This document shows positions 10,682-19,058 of a DNA stretch of 64,000 nucleotides, piece by piece. How positions within the stretch are numbered: position 1 is the stretch's first letter; every line of letters begins with the position of its first letter. The notes beneath the pieces are model-generated. The model was not told the origin of the DNA and did not search any database. It was given only the letters and a program-made list of their open reading frames with translations. The position numbers and the translations under genes are program-made. This DNA is from Vampirovibrionaceae bacterium NZW_1234 (GTDB lineage: Bacteria; Cyanobacteriota; Vampirovibrionia; Vampirovibrionales; JAGQHJ01): contig JBGUGD010000023.1 of the NCBI GenBank assembly GCA_041697335.1, forward strand, positions 118,515 through 182,514, in the 5' to 3' direction.

Positions 10682-11116
10682 TTAGGAAAAGGTTCTGTTG
10701 CCCTTGAGCAGGTTGAGCAGGACTTGAAGGCGTTGGAGTATCTGGGTGATGTCCATATTGCCTCCGGGCGGGCGGAAGCCGCCTTCCTGATCGCTGGGGA
10801 ATTTTTCGGTCCCAACACCGCAGAACATGGGCGGACGTGTGCCGCCTTCCTGGTCGCTGGGGAACTTGAGCGTTTGGATGTCGCCACCGATGGGGGGACG
10901 CGTGCCGCCTTCCTGATCGCTGGGGAATTTTAAGGTTTGAATGTCGCCACCGATGGGAGGACGTGTGCCGCCTTCCTGATCGCTGGGGAATTTGCGGGTT
11001 TGAACATCGCCACCGATGGGGGGACGCGTGCCGCCTTCCTGATCACTGGGGAATTTCATCGTGGTCGCAATGTTGCGACTTCCGAGGCTTGCATAATCTA
11101 AAAAATATCCCGACAT
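10682..11116 (-). CDS. Multicore graspetide (microviridin/marinostatin-type) precursor A, 5 cores TxKFPSDQE
   Basis: AGGA before ATG 11116; five cores at exact 21-aa spacing matching the TxKxPSD motif; synonymous codon differences between repeats; downstream of an ATP-grasp ligase. Confidence 0.9.
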   Translation of the reverse strand: MSGYFLDYASLGSRNIATTMKFPSDQEGGTRPPIGGDVQTRKFPSDQEGGTRPPIGGDIQTLKFPSDQEGGTRPPIGGDIQTLKFPSDQEGGTRPPMFCGVGTEKFPSDQEGGFRPPGGNMDITQILQRLQVLLNLLKGNRTFS

Positions 11117-11358
11117 GAAAACCGTCCTATCTGAACACCACAAAAATATCTATATATATATAAACAATTTATTTCAGGATTAATTGCCACGAAACGCCCA
11201 AAGGTAACGTTTTGTAACACCATTAGGCATCATGGTCAGTCCTCACGATTCGGTGTGTTCACCTTGGGGTATCTCCATCTGAGGGTGTGATCGCCGGTGT
11301 CTGGCAAGCTCTGGACGCGGTTAGCCAGAATACATACTGAGTGTGACCCGTAACAAGC

Positions 11359-11892
11359 TTACGAATTGGCTCTGAAATTCTGCAAAAGCAGCATCAGAAC
11401 AAGAATTCGCTGGAAGGATAGGCCCGAGGAATTGTTGTTTCCCGGTGGGCGTATGCCGCTTTCATCGTCACTGGGAGCTTTCATGGTGAGGCTTATCTTG
11501 TCGATGGGTGGGTGCATCCCTCCTGGCGGACGGATGCCGCTTTCATCATCGCTGGGAGCCTTCATGGTGAAGCTAATCTTGTCGATGGGTGGGTGCATCC
11601 CTCCTGGCGGGCGATAGCCGCTTTCATCATCGCTGGGGGCCTTCATGGTGAGATTGATATAGTCAAAGGGAGGGCGATAGCCGCTTTCATCATCACTGGG
11701 GGCTTTCATGGTGTATGCCAAAGCATCGTTAGGAGGACGATAGCCACTTTCATCATCACTGGGGGCTTTCATGGTATAGGCCAAAGCATCGTTGGGGGGA
11801 CGATAGCCGCTTTCATCATCGCTGGGGGCTTTCATGGTGTACCCGATATTTCGGGGAGCCGACTGGGCATAGTCAAAGAAATATTGAGACAC
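11359..11892 (-). CDS. Multicore graspetide precursor B, 6 cores TMKAPSDDE
   Basis: AGGAG before GTG 11892; six cores at 21/21/21/27/27-aa spacing; leader homologous to precursor A. Confidence 0.9.
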   Translation of the reverse strand: MSQYFFDYAQSAPRNIGYTMKAPSDDESGYRPPNDALAYTMKAPSDDESGYRPPNDALAYTMKAPSDDESGYRPPFDYINLTMKAPSDDESGYRPPGGMHPPIDKISFTMKAPSDDESGIRPPGGMHPPIDKISLTMKAPSDDESGIRPPGNNNSSGLSFQRILVLMLLLQNFRANS

Positions 11893-12091
11893 TAACTCTC
11901 TCCTAACATGGATGTGGTTATTTAATCATATTTATATAAAAAAATAATATTTCTACCAATTGCCTGAAGTCGTCCTCATGTAAACTTTTGTGTAAAAGAG
12001 CGCAGTGCCTGAGAAACCTGGAGCTGCTGTGCTTTATGCCCAGGAAATCGGTGAGATTATTTAAGCTCTGAAGCCTGCAGAGACAAAGGGT

Positions 12092-13000
12092 CTATGAACC
12101 GCCTCTGACCAAGGTGTCCGCCAGGCAATCGCTGATTTTAAGGCCGCTGCGGTCTTCGTAGATCATGAACAAGGGGCTGGGGTTGGCCTCGAAGAAAACG
12201 TACTCGTCGTCCGGGGTACGACGCAGGTCGATTCCGGTGAGCCTGAGACCCAGGGTCCTGGCCAGGCGGCGGCACTGGTCTTCTACGGAAGCGGGAAGGG
12301 CTGCCGGAAGAATCCGCATGGCTTGATCGGTTTTGTAATGCTCGGTGTCCGTATGGACTTCCGTGATGAACAACTCGTCCTCGATAACATGGACCCGGAT
12401 ATCCACGCCGGGAATAAATTCCTGGCACTGGACCGGCAAGGCGGAGAGTCGACTGAGGGCGTCGGGGGCCATATCCTGGTCCGTAAGCTTATGGGCAATG
12501 GCACTCCCGGCCAGGGGTTTGACGATGGCATGTCGTTGGTGGGCTTCGTAAAAGGCAACCAGCTTTTCCGGATCGTTGGTGATCAGGGTCTCAGGGACGC
12601 GAAAACCAGCAGACTTCAGTATCGAGAGCTGATGTGGCTTGAACCGGTGCAGTTCGATGGCGGTGGCGGGGTTGACCCAGTAGGTGTCCAGATTGCGCCA
12701 CAGGCTGCCGAGGGCGGCTTCCAGCTCCTGCTGAACAAAGAATCGATAAGCGACATCCTGGTGAGAGGGGAGAGACAGCCCTTCATAGCAATACCAATAC
12801 ACGGCGTCGATATCTGAAAAGGGGATGCGGTTGGGCAATTCTGGTGTTTGAATCCATCCCTCCCCGGCTTCGGTAAAGCTGATTCGGGTCTGGGTCGGGA
12901 ACGTGCGGGTATCGAAGCAGACAACCTGCTTCCCTCGGGCTTCGATTTTCTGTCGAACCCGATCGGAATGAATATCTGAGGAGCCAAGAATGAGTATCAC
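12092..13000 (-). CDS. ATP-grasp ligase, probable graspetide macrocyclase
   Basis: WVNP, KPHQL, VPETLITND, IVKP, QEFIPGVDIR, GIDLRRTPDDEYVFFEANP; co-oriented directly upstream of two TxKxPSD precursors. Confidence 0.92.
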   Translation of the reverse strand: MILILGSSDIHSDRVRQKIEARGKQVVCFDTRTFPTQTRISFTEAGEGWIQTPELPNRIPFSDIDAVYWYCYEGLSLPSHQDVAYRFFVQQELEAALGSLWRNLDTYWVNPATAIELHRFKPHQLSILKSAGFRVPETLITNDPEKLVAFYEAHQRHAIVKPLAGSAIAHKLTDQDMAPDALSRLSALPVQCQEFIPGVDIRVHVIEDELFITEVHTDTEHYKTDQAMRILPAALPASVEDQCRRLARTLGLRLTGIDLRRTPDDEYVFFEANPSPLFMIYEDRSGLKISDCLADTLVRGGS

Positions 13001-13022
13001 ATCCCCATTATACGGCGTGATG

Positions 13023-13065
13023 AAAAAAATGCTTGGGGAGGCTCAGATGAGACGCCCCAAGCATA
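13023..13065 (-). terminator. Probable intrinsic terminator after the glycine-zipper gene
   Basis: Stem ATGCTTGGGG/CCCCAAGCAT followed by a T-run on the minus strand; the loop is long. Confidence 0.55.
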
Positions 13066-13087
13066 TATGACTAGCCAATAACTGCCG

Positions 13088-13570
13088 TTAATCGGGTTGC
13101 TCTAAAATATGCTTGCGGGTGTAGTGGACCCCCGCCCCTACGCCGGTGCCAATGGCTGCCGCAGGAAGGATACCTGTACCTGCGGTAATGGCCGCACCGG
13201 CACCAATGGCTGTTCCTTTAAGGGCACGTCGGGCCAGGGGCTTGTCTCTCAGTAATTCACTTTTGTCCATCAGGCCAACCCCCGCTCCGGTGGCTGCACC
13301 GACCAGCCCTCCTTTAAGCAAGGATTTGCCGGTCAGAGCACCGACACCAACGCCGGCAGCGGTGCCAATGGCGGAGCTTCGGACAACCGGATTGCGCCAG
13401 GCATTTTGAATGCGGTCTTTGGCGGTTGGTTTTTGGACGTAAACGTAGCGCCGGGCACTGGCATCATACACCCGTTCGTAACTGGGATTGGCCCAGGCCG
13501 GGGCAGCGGAGGCCATCACCAAGACCATGGCCATGGATGCAGCCCAAAAACGTGCAAGATTCGATTTCAT
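13088..13570 (-). CDS. Exported glycine-zipper protein
   Basis: GGAGG before ATG 13570; signal peptide ending AWA; repeated GxAxGxGVG motifs. Confidence 0.75.
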   Translation of the reverse strand: MKSNLARFWAASMAMVLVMASAAPAWANPSYERVYDASARRYVYVQKPTAKDRIQNAWRNPVVRSSAIGTAAGVGVGALTGKSLLKGGLVGAATGAGVGLMDKSELLRDKPLARRALKGTAIGAGAAITAGTGILPAAAIGTGVGAGVHYTRKHILEQPD

Positions 13571-13727
13571 CAGGGAACCCTCCATTGCAGGAACCTAATC
13601 GGCTTATACCAACAGCATTTATCCTAGCAGTTGACCCTGTCAGCACACACTAGTCTCTGGTCTTACTACCGGTACTATTTTTGAGAGACGATGGCTGAGC
13701 CTGGATGTTCCCGGGAGGTGTATGGGG

Positions 13728-15812
13728 TCAGGCCGGTTTTTGTGTGTCCGCTTTTCTGCTGGCCAGCGTCTTTTCCCACAGGGCACGCCAGTCGGCGACG
13801 CCTGAGGTTTGGAACATCTCCCGAATGGCCACGGGATCGTTCATGGTTTCTTCCTGTTCGATACGGGCGATGATTTTTTCCCGGGCTTCGGGGGGAATGG
13901 CCTTGATGAAGGCCACAGTGGTTTCATACAGTTGGCTTAACAGGTCGTTGCGGACGGACTCGCCTTTTTCCTTCAATGCCGGAGAGACATCGCTGTGGGC
14001 AAAAGGATTGTCCGAGGGAGGGATGATGACCTGGCCGAAGCGCTCCGGGTAGAGGGCCGAGGTTTCGATAGCCTCTTTCATCAACTGGTTCACCTTGGCC
14101 CAGTCGTTGGAGGCCCCGGAGGAGACGTTGTCCTTACCATAGAGGGCTTCTTCGGCGGCGCGGCCTCCCATGATCATGCAGGCCATCTTCTCCACAAACT
14201 GACGGGTCTGGTGGTACTTGGGCATGCCTTCGGGATCGGTGCCCATAATGCCCAGGGCCGTGCCACCACCTTCCATGTTTCGGGGGACTACGGTCAGGAA
14301 CTGGACGGGTAAGCCCAGGGCCCACGCCACGGCCGCATGGCCCAGGGTTTCATGGACCGCGACCCGGCGTTTGTCCTCCGGGGTAAAGGCTACGTCCTTT
14401 TTGGGCAGGCCCAGGTAGATTCGCTCGATAGCATCCAGAAAATCCTGGCGCTCGATAGCGGTCTTGTCCCGGCGCCGTGCCAGGAGAGCGGCCTCGTTGG
14501 CGATTTTTTCGATTTCGGCCCCGCTGGTTCCCGGCCACATGCGTCGGGCAATGAAAAGGGAATCCACATCGTCGGCGACTTTCTTGTTGCGCAAGTGGAC
14601 GTTGAGAATATCCCGGCGTCCTTCCGGGGTCATCGGCGGTGTGACGGTGTATTTCTTATCGAAGCGCCCGGGACGGACCAGGGCCTTGTCCAGGGTCTCG
14701 GCCCGGTTGGTGGCGGCGATGACCAGGACGTCATCGGTGGCGTTAAAGCCGTCCATCTCCGAGAGGATGGCGTTGAGGGTCTGCTCGCGCTCGTCGTGTC
14801 CGCCCACGCCGGGACCGGCACCGCCGCGCTTTTTCCCAATGGCGTCGATTTCGTCGATAAAGATGACCGAGGGGGCATGTTTTCGGGCCGTGGCAAACAG
14901 ATCCCGGACACGGCGAGCGCCCATCCCGACGAAGAGTTCCACGAAGTCGGATCCGCTAAGGCTAAAGAAGGGTCGATTTAACTCACCGGCGATGGCCTTT
15001 GCCAACAGGGTCTTACCGGTTCCGGGCGGGCCTTCCAAGAGGATGCCACTGGGTAAGCGCTCTCCAACTCGGCTTTCGCGATCGTTAAAGAGATTGAGGA
15101 TGTCGGCCCGGATTTCATGCACGACTTCAGGGATGCCTGCGACATGATCCAGGGTGACCTTGGGGGCGTTGGCGTTGGTAGTATGGCTTTGGAGGGCGCT
15201 AAAGCCACCCCGGCCAGCCATGCCGCTCATCATGCGATAGGCCAGGTACCCGATCAGGGCCAGCGGGAGAAGTTGTATGGCCAGCATCAGGAAAATCGCA
15301 CCCACCTGGCTTTCGTCTTTAACCTGCGGGTGAAGTCCTTTTTCCCGCATGGATTGAACCAGTTCGGTATAGCCGGGTTGTTGTGGGTTGGGCACAAAAT
15401 GCTGGACGTTCTTGTTGTCGAGAATTACCCGCCATTCGATGGCGGTTTTACCGGCCTGGATTTCGATGGCCTTCACCCGCCCGGCCTGGATCTGCTGCAT
15501 GAGCTCCTGGGGTGTGGCGATGAGGAGGCCGTTCGCATCGGGGATGGTTTCGCCGGGTTGGACCGGGGCGGTTAGCTGCGGGTTTGGCTTTTGAGGGGCC
15601 AGGGCGGAATAGCCCATGTATGCGGCAAGGCCCAGGGTGAGATACAGGAGCAGTTTGTTTCGTCGGGGGGGCTGTTTCTGCGGGGATGCGGTTCCGAAAC
15701 GAAGCAAATCGTCAGTCCGATGATGGTGTGCGTTGGCCAACGGTCGCTCGGGAACGTGTCCGATAGACAGCGCCGTCCGATGGGCAGGCACCCCCAGAAG
15801 TGGTGTCACCAT
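13728..15812 (-). CDS. ftsH: FtsH-family AAA+ metalloprotease (atypical HETLGH zinc motif)
   Basis: Two TM segments, Walker A GPPGTGKT, pore FVG, Walker B IFIDEID, SRH ALVRPGRFD, M41 motifs GGRAAEE and GASND. Confidence 0.9.
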   Translation of the reverse strand: MVTPLLGVPAHRTALSIGHVPERPLANAHHHRTDDLLRFGTASPQKQPPRRNKLLLYLTLGLAAYMGYSALAPQKPNPQLTAPVQPGETIPDANGLLIATPQELMQQIQAGRVKAIEIQAGKTAIEWRVILDNKNVQHFVPNPQQPGYTELVQSMREKGLHPQVKDESQVGAIFLMLAIQLLPLALIGYLAYRMMSGMAGRGGFSALQSHTTNANAPKVTLDHVAGIPEVVHEIRADILNLFNDRESRVGERLPSGILLEGPPGTGKTLLAKAIAGELNRPFFSLSGSDFVELFVGMGARRVRDLFATARKHAPSVIFIDEIDAIGKKRGGAGPGVGGHDEREQTLNAILSEMDGFNATDDVLVIAATNRAETLDKALVRPGRFDKKYTVTPPMTPEGRRDILNVHLRNKKVADDVDSLFIARRMWPGTSGAEIEKIANEAALLARRRDKTAIERQDFLDAIERIYLGLPKKDVAFTPEDKRRVAVHETLGHAAVAWALGLPVQFLTVVPRNMEGGGTALGIMGTDPEGMPKYHQTRQFVEKMACMIMGGRAAEEALYGKDNVSSGASNDWAKVNQLMKEAIETSALYPERFGQVIIPPSDNPFAHSDVSPALKEKGESVRNDLLSQLYETTVAFIKAIPPEAREKIIARIEQEETMNDPVAIREMFQTSGVADWRALWEKTLASRKADTQKPA

Positions 15813-15966
15813 GGTCTGTTTCTCCCTTTACCCTAAAATGCACATCCTTCATGGATGTGTTTGATGATGGATGAAGGTATTTTTATACAATTGTTTTTCT
15901 ATTGCAATGGGTTATCGGGTATTCTTGGGGGGATGAGTTTACCCCGGGCCATATGACATGCAGTCC

Positions 15967-17262
15967 TTAATACCCGTAGTTGTAATCAATGGGCTGCTCT
16001 TCATGGAGGCGAAGCAGGACGGTTTTCTGCTTGAGTCCGGCCAGGGCAGGGACGGTGCTGGTATCCCAGGCCAGAAGATTGTCGCCATAGATGAGGTTAT
16101 TGGGGCCAAAGTGCTGATATCCGGCCTGAGTCAATTCCGTGGATTTGCTCTGGGCCGGGTGGATGCCGGGAACCTTTGACAGGGCTTGCTGTAAGTCCGC
16201 CAGTGGCGGGCAGTTTTCGTTGTAATGCAGAACCAGGTGCTTGGGGTAGCGTTTGGCTCTGGGGAAAGGAGTATCCTGGCTGACAGCAGGGGTGGGCAAG
16301 CCAGCCGTTTTCAGCTGCTGGATGAATTCGTGGTGGATCTGCTGATCTTCGGGCGTGAATATAGGACGATTCGAAGTATTTACAATGGGAACCAGCATAT
16401 AGCGCGAAAACTGCGGCTGATGGGTCAGTCCCGGGAGTTTCGTCAGATCCAGGGCGTAGTAGTTCTTGGGGTACTTGCCCTTGCGCTTGTAATCGGCGTA
16501 GCCGGGGACCTTATCCAGATCGGCGGCGACGGTATTGGCTGATACAAGCTCCGGGAGTCGTCGTAGGGCTTTTTTGATGTCCTTGGGGGTGGCGTGGCCG
16601 TATTCCGTGGGGTAGGCGTAGGAAATGAGCATGTCCCACAATAAGGGATGAGGGGCTTTTGGCGAGTTGTGCCCGCTAAGACTGACGGCAGCTATGCCGT
16701 TTTTAATGCCGGTGGCTTTCATAAATCGACGACGCAGGATTTTTTCCGCCTGCTGATGGTATTCCAGTTCGCTGTAATCCACATAGTGCAGTTTTACCAG
16801 GACGGTTTTCTGAGACGTCCCGGGGAAATAGCTGTGCGGGAGTTTCGTTATGTCCAGCGCGTATTCGTTGGGGCCGAATTTTCCTGTCTGGGGATCGCCG
16901 GGGTATCCTGCGGCATGGAGCTGGGCTTCGGCTGCGGAGGCCGGTTGCAGTTGGGGAAGATGCTGTTGGATGTGTTGTGCCGCTTGTTGATGGAACTGCG
17001 GTACGGACTTGCCGAAGTTGGAGACCACCAGAATGGCGCGTCCCGGAGACAGGTTCTGGGGGTATTGGATGCATGCCTGGAGATGGAGCGGGTTCTTAGG
17101 CGCCTGGGCCAGAAGGCGATTTAACCCGTCCATGGCGGATCCGATTTGGCCTGCCGTGAGCGGTGGCGGTGGCGTCTGAGGGGCGTGTGAACCGAAGCGC
17201 GTCGAGGCGGTCACTGTCGTTGTACGGGGACGTGTGGGGGACATGGAGCCATTAATGCGCAT
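15967..17262 (-). CDS. Hypothetical protein with three internal domain repeats
   Basis: GGGAGG before ATG; recurring motif GY...(Y/L)A(L/W)D.(T/S)..P...(KT/RY)(V/M)L three times. Confidence 0.7.
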   Translation of the reverse strand: MRINGSMSPTRPRTTTVTASTRFGSHAPQTPPPPLTAGQIGSAMDGLNRLLAQAPKNPLHLQACIQYPQNLSPGRAILVVSNFGKSVPQFHQQAAQHIQQHLPQLQPASAAEAQLHAAGYPGDPQTGKFGPNEYALDITKLPHSYFPGTSQKTVLVKLHYVDYSELEYHQQAEKILRRRFMKATGIKNGIAAVSLSGHNSPKAPHPLLWDMLISYAYPTEYGHATPKDIKKALRRLPELVSANTVAADLDKVPGYADYKRKGKYPKNYYALDLTKLPGLTHQPQFSRYMLVPIVNTSNRPIFTPEDQQIHHEFIQQLKTAGLPTPAVSQDTPFPRAKRYPKHLVLHYNENCPPLADLQQALSKVPGIHPAQSKSTELTQAGYQHFGPNNLIYGDNLLAWDTSTVPALAGLKQKTVLLRLHEEQPIDYNYGY

Positions 17263-17510
17263 TTGAATTTTCCTCCCTCAGATGAGACCTTGCCGCACAT
17301 CCTAGCATAAAAAAGTTTGTTTTATTCAATTTCGATGCCGTTTTTCTCACCGACAAGAGAATCTAAATTGTTCCTTAAATCCGCTGCAAATTTGTCACAA
17401 GAGATTCAAGAGTTGTTTTTATATCTTTAAGAAATGGGCTTAGGCAATGTTCTCAGTAAAGACGATTGTCTTCGTTTTCGGGCTTGGGTAATGAAGGAGT
17501 TTGTAGCGGT

Positions 17511-17939
17511 ATGACATATGCGGTTCAACCTCGGGGTAGCGTTCTCTGTGGTGCTTACACGGCTTCGAATCTGGCAAAGGAACTGGGCAAGAATATTTCG
17601 CCCGAGCAGGCACGAATGTCAGGCTTTGAACCGGATCGGCCTGCCGGTATTGGTCCGAATGCGGTTGAACCTGGATTGGAACGCATGGGGCTGGATGCTG
17701 AACGCCAGCCTTCGGCACAAAGTTCGTATAACAATCTGAAAAACGGGGGCAAGGAATTCTTCGCCGTCATGCAACGGGATCCGCAAACGGGGCAGGTCTT
17801 TGGCCATGCGGTTGCCGGGAAAGGTGTCGACAGCCAAGGAAATGTCGTCTACGTGGATCCGATCGACGGGCAAGAACATCGGGAACGTCCTGAAGAATTT
17901 TATGGCCGGACGATGGGCGCTTGGAGCGTCACGGCATAA
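17511..17939 (+). CDS. Stand-alone papain-fold cysteine peptidase, C39-like
   Basis: AAGGAG at 17494-17499; Q...CG (VQPRGSVLCG), GHAV and YVDP give a Gln/Cys/His/Asp order as in C39 peptidases. Confidence 0.65.
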   Translation: MTYAVQPRGSVLCGAYTASNLAKELGKNISPEQARMSGFEPDRPAGIGPNAVEPGLERMGLDAERQPSAQSSYNNLKNGGKEFFAVMQRDPQTGQVFGHAVAGKGVDSQGNVVYVDPIDGQEHRERPEEFYGRTMGAWSVTA

Positions 17940-17952
17940 TCTCGATTTCGCG

Positions 17953-18990
17953 TTATAGAATTCCCCGAGGCAGGTGGCGAACTTGTCGTTGTTGAAGCGG
18001 CAAGGGTGTCGCTGTTTTGGTTGATGACGCCTCTTTTCGCGGCAGGGTGAGCATGGCCTCGATGTCATTGATGTGCGTGACAACTTGGGCACCCAGTTTC
18101 CCCGGATTGACGAGTGGGGAGCCATGACGGATTGCCGCTAAAAAGGCATGGGTCTGAACTTCCAGAAGATTGTCGGCGATACGAGCCTCGACTGGCAAGT
18201 GGTTCAAGACGGGTACCTCCTGACGTTGCTGCCCTTCCAGGATCATAAGCGCTTTTTCCGCAGGCTGGTGGAAATCGAGGACGGCGATTTTCGATGCGCC
18301 GGTGACGACGATTTCATGCGTTCGTGATGCTGCCCGGCCATTAACCTCAATACTGGCATGGCGTCCGGACCAGCTTTTAAAGGCGGTAAAATAGGTGGCC
18401 GTGGGATCCATAGACGTGTGATGGCCGGAACAAATGGCGCCTGTTGTCTCAACAGGCTCGTTCAGGAGAAATCGGAGCAAGGCAATATTGGTGTGCCCCC
18501 ACTGTTCCCACACATGCCCAACGGGCCTGTCTTCAGAATGGGCATGCTGGTAAATCCGAAGGGTTGAAATGGGTCCCAGAACATCGTTGTGAATCATCTG
18601 ATACAGGGTTTGGACAGCACGGTGAAAGAGGAGCGGGTATCCTACTGCCAGACATAAAGCTCGTTTATTGGCGTGATGCACCAGTCGTTCTGCATCGTCA
18701 GCAGAAGGTGTCAACAAGGATTCAACCAGGACGGGTTTATTTTGGGCCAGGCATTGATGTGCAATGTCGTTGTGGGTTTGCGTGGGCGTGGCGATGATCG
18801 CGGCTTCCGCGCCGGATGACAGCAGAGCCTGGGAAAGGTTGTCGAAACACGCCACGTTGGGATAGCGGGTTTGCAGCTTGGCCAGTCGTTGCGGATCGCG
18901 ATCGCAAATTGCGGCTAGCTCACCCATGTGTGCCAGTGTCGCTGCCCAGGCATTGCCCCATTGTCCGCACCCAATCAGTAAAATGCCCAT
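17953..18990 (-). CDS. Gfo/Idh/MocA family oxidoreductase (divergent)
   Basis: IGCGQWG Rossmann motif, IATPTQTH, KPVLVES (canonical EKP altered). Confidence 0.8.
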   Translation of the reverse strand: MGILLIGCGQWGNAWAATLAHMGELAAICDRDPQRLAKLQTRYPNVACFDNLSQALLSSGAEAAIIATPTQTHNDIAHQCLAQNKPVLVESLLTPSADDAERLVHHANKRALCLAVGYPLLFHRAVQTLYQMIHNDVLGPISTLRIYQHAHSEDRPVGHVWEQWGHTNIALLRFLLNEPVETTGAICSGHHTSMDPTATYFTAFKSWSGRHASIEVNGRAASRTHEIVVTGASKIAVLDFHQPAEKALMILEGQQRQEVPVLNHLPVEARIADNLLEVQTHAFLAAIRHGSPLVNPGKLGAQVVTHINDIEAMLTLPRKEASSTKTATPLPLQQRQVRHLPRGIL

Positions 18991-19058
18991 CGTCTAAACT
19001 CTCGTGACGCCCCGCTGCTTATTTTACCGGCCCAGACCAGCCTACCCACTAGATTACT

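Noticed and set aside
10624..11895. Repeat-containing ORFs 10624..10887, 10649..10933, 11366..11617 and 11512..11895
   Set aside because: Shadow or alternative frames of the precursors; SD sites, synonymous variation and the known motif support the called frames.
12092..13000. Housekeeping RimK or glutathione synthetase assignment
   Set aside because: The fold is shared, but adjacency to TxKxPSD multicore peptides favours a graspetide ligase; a phylogeny is still needed.
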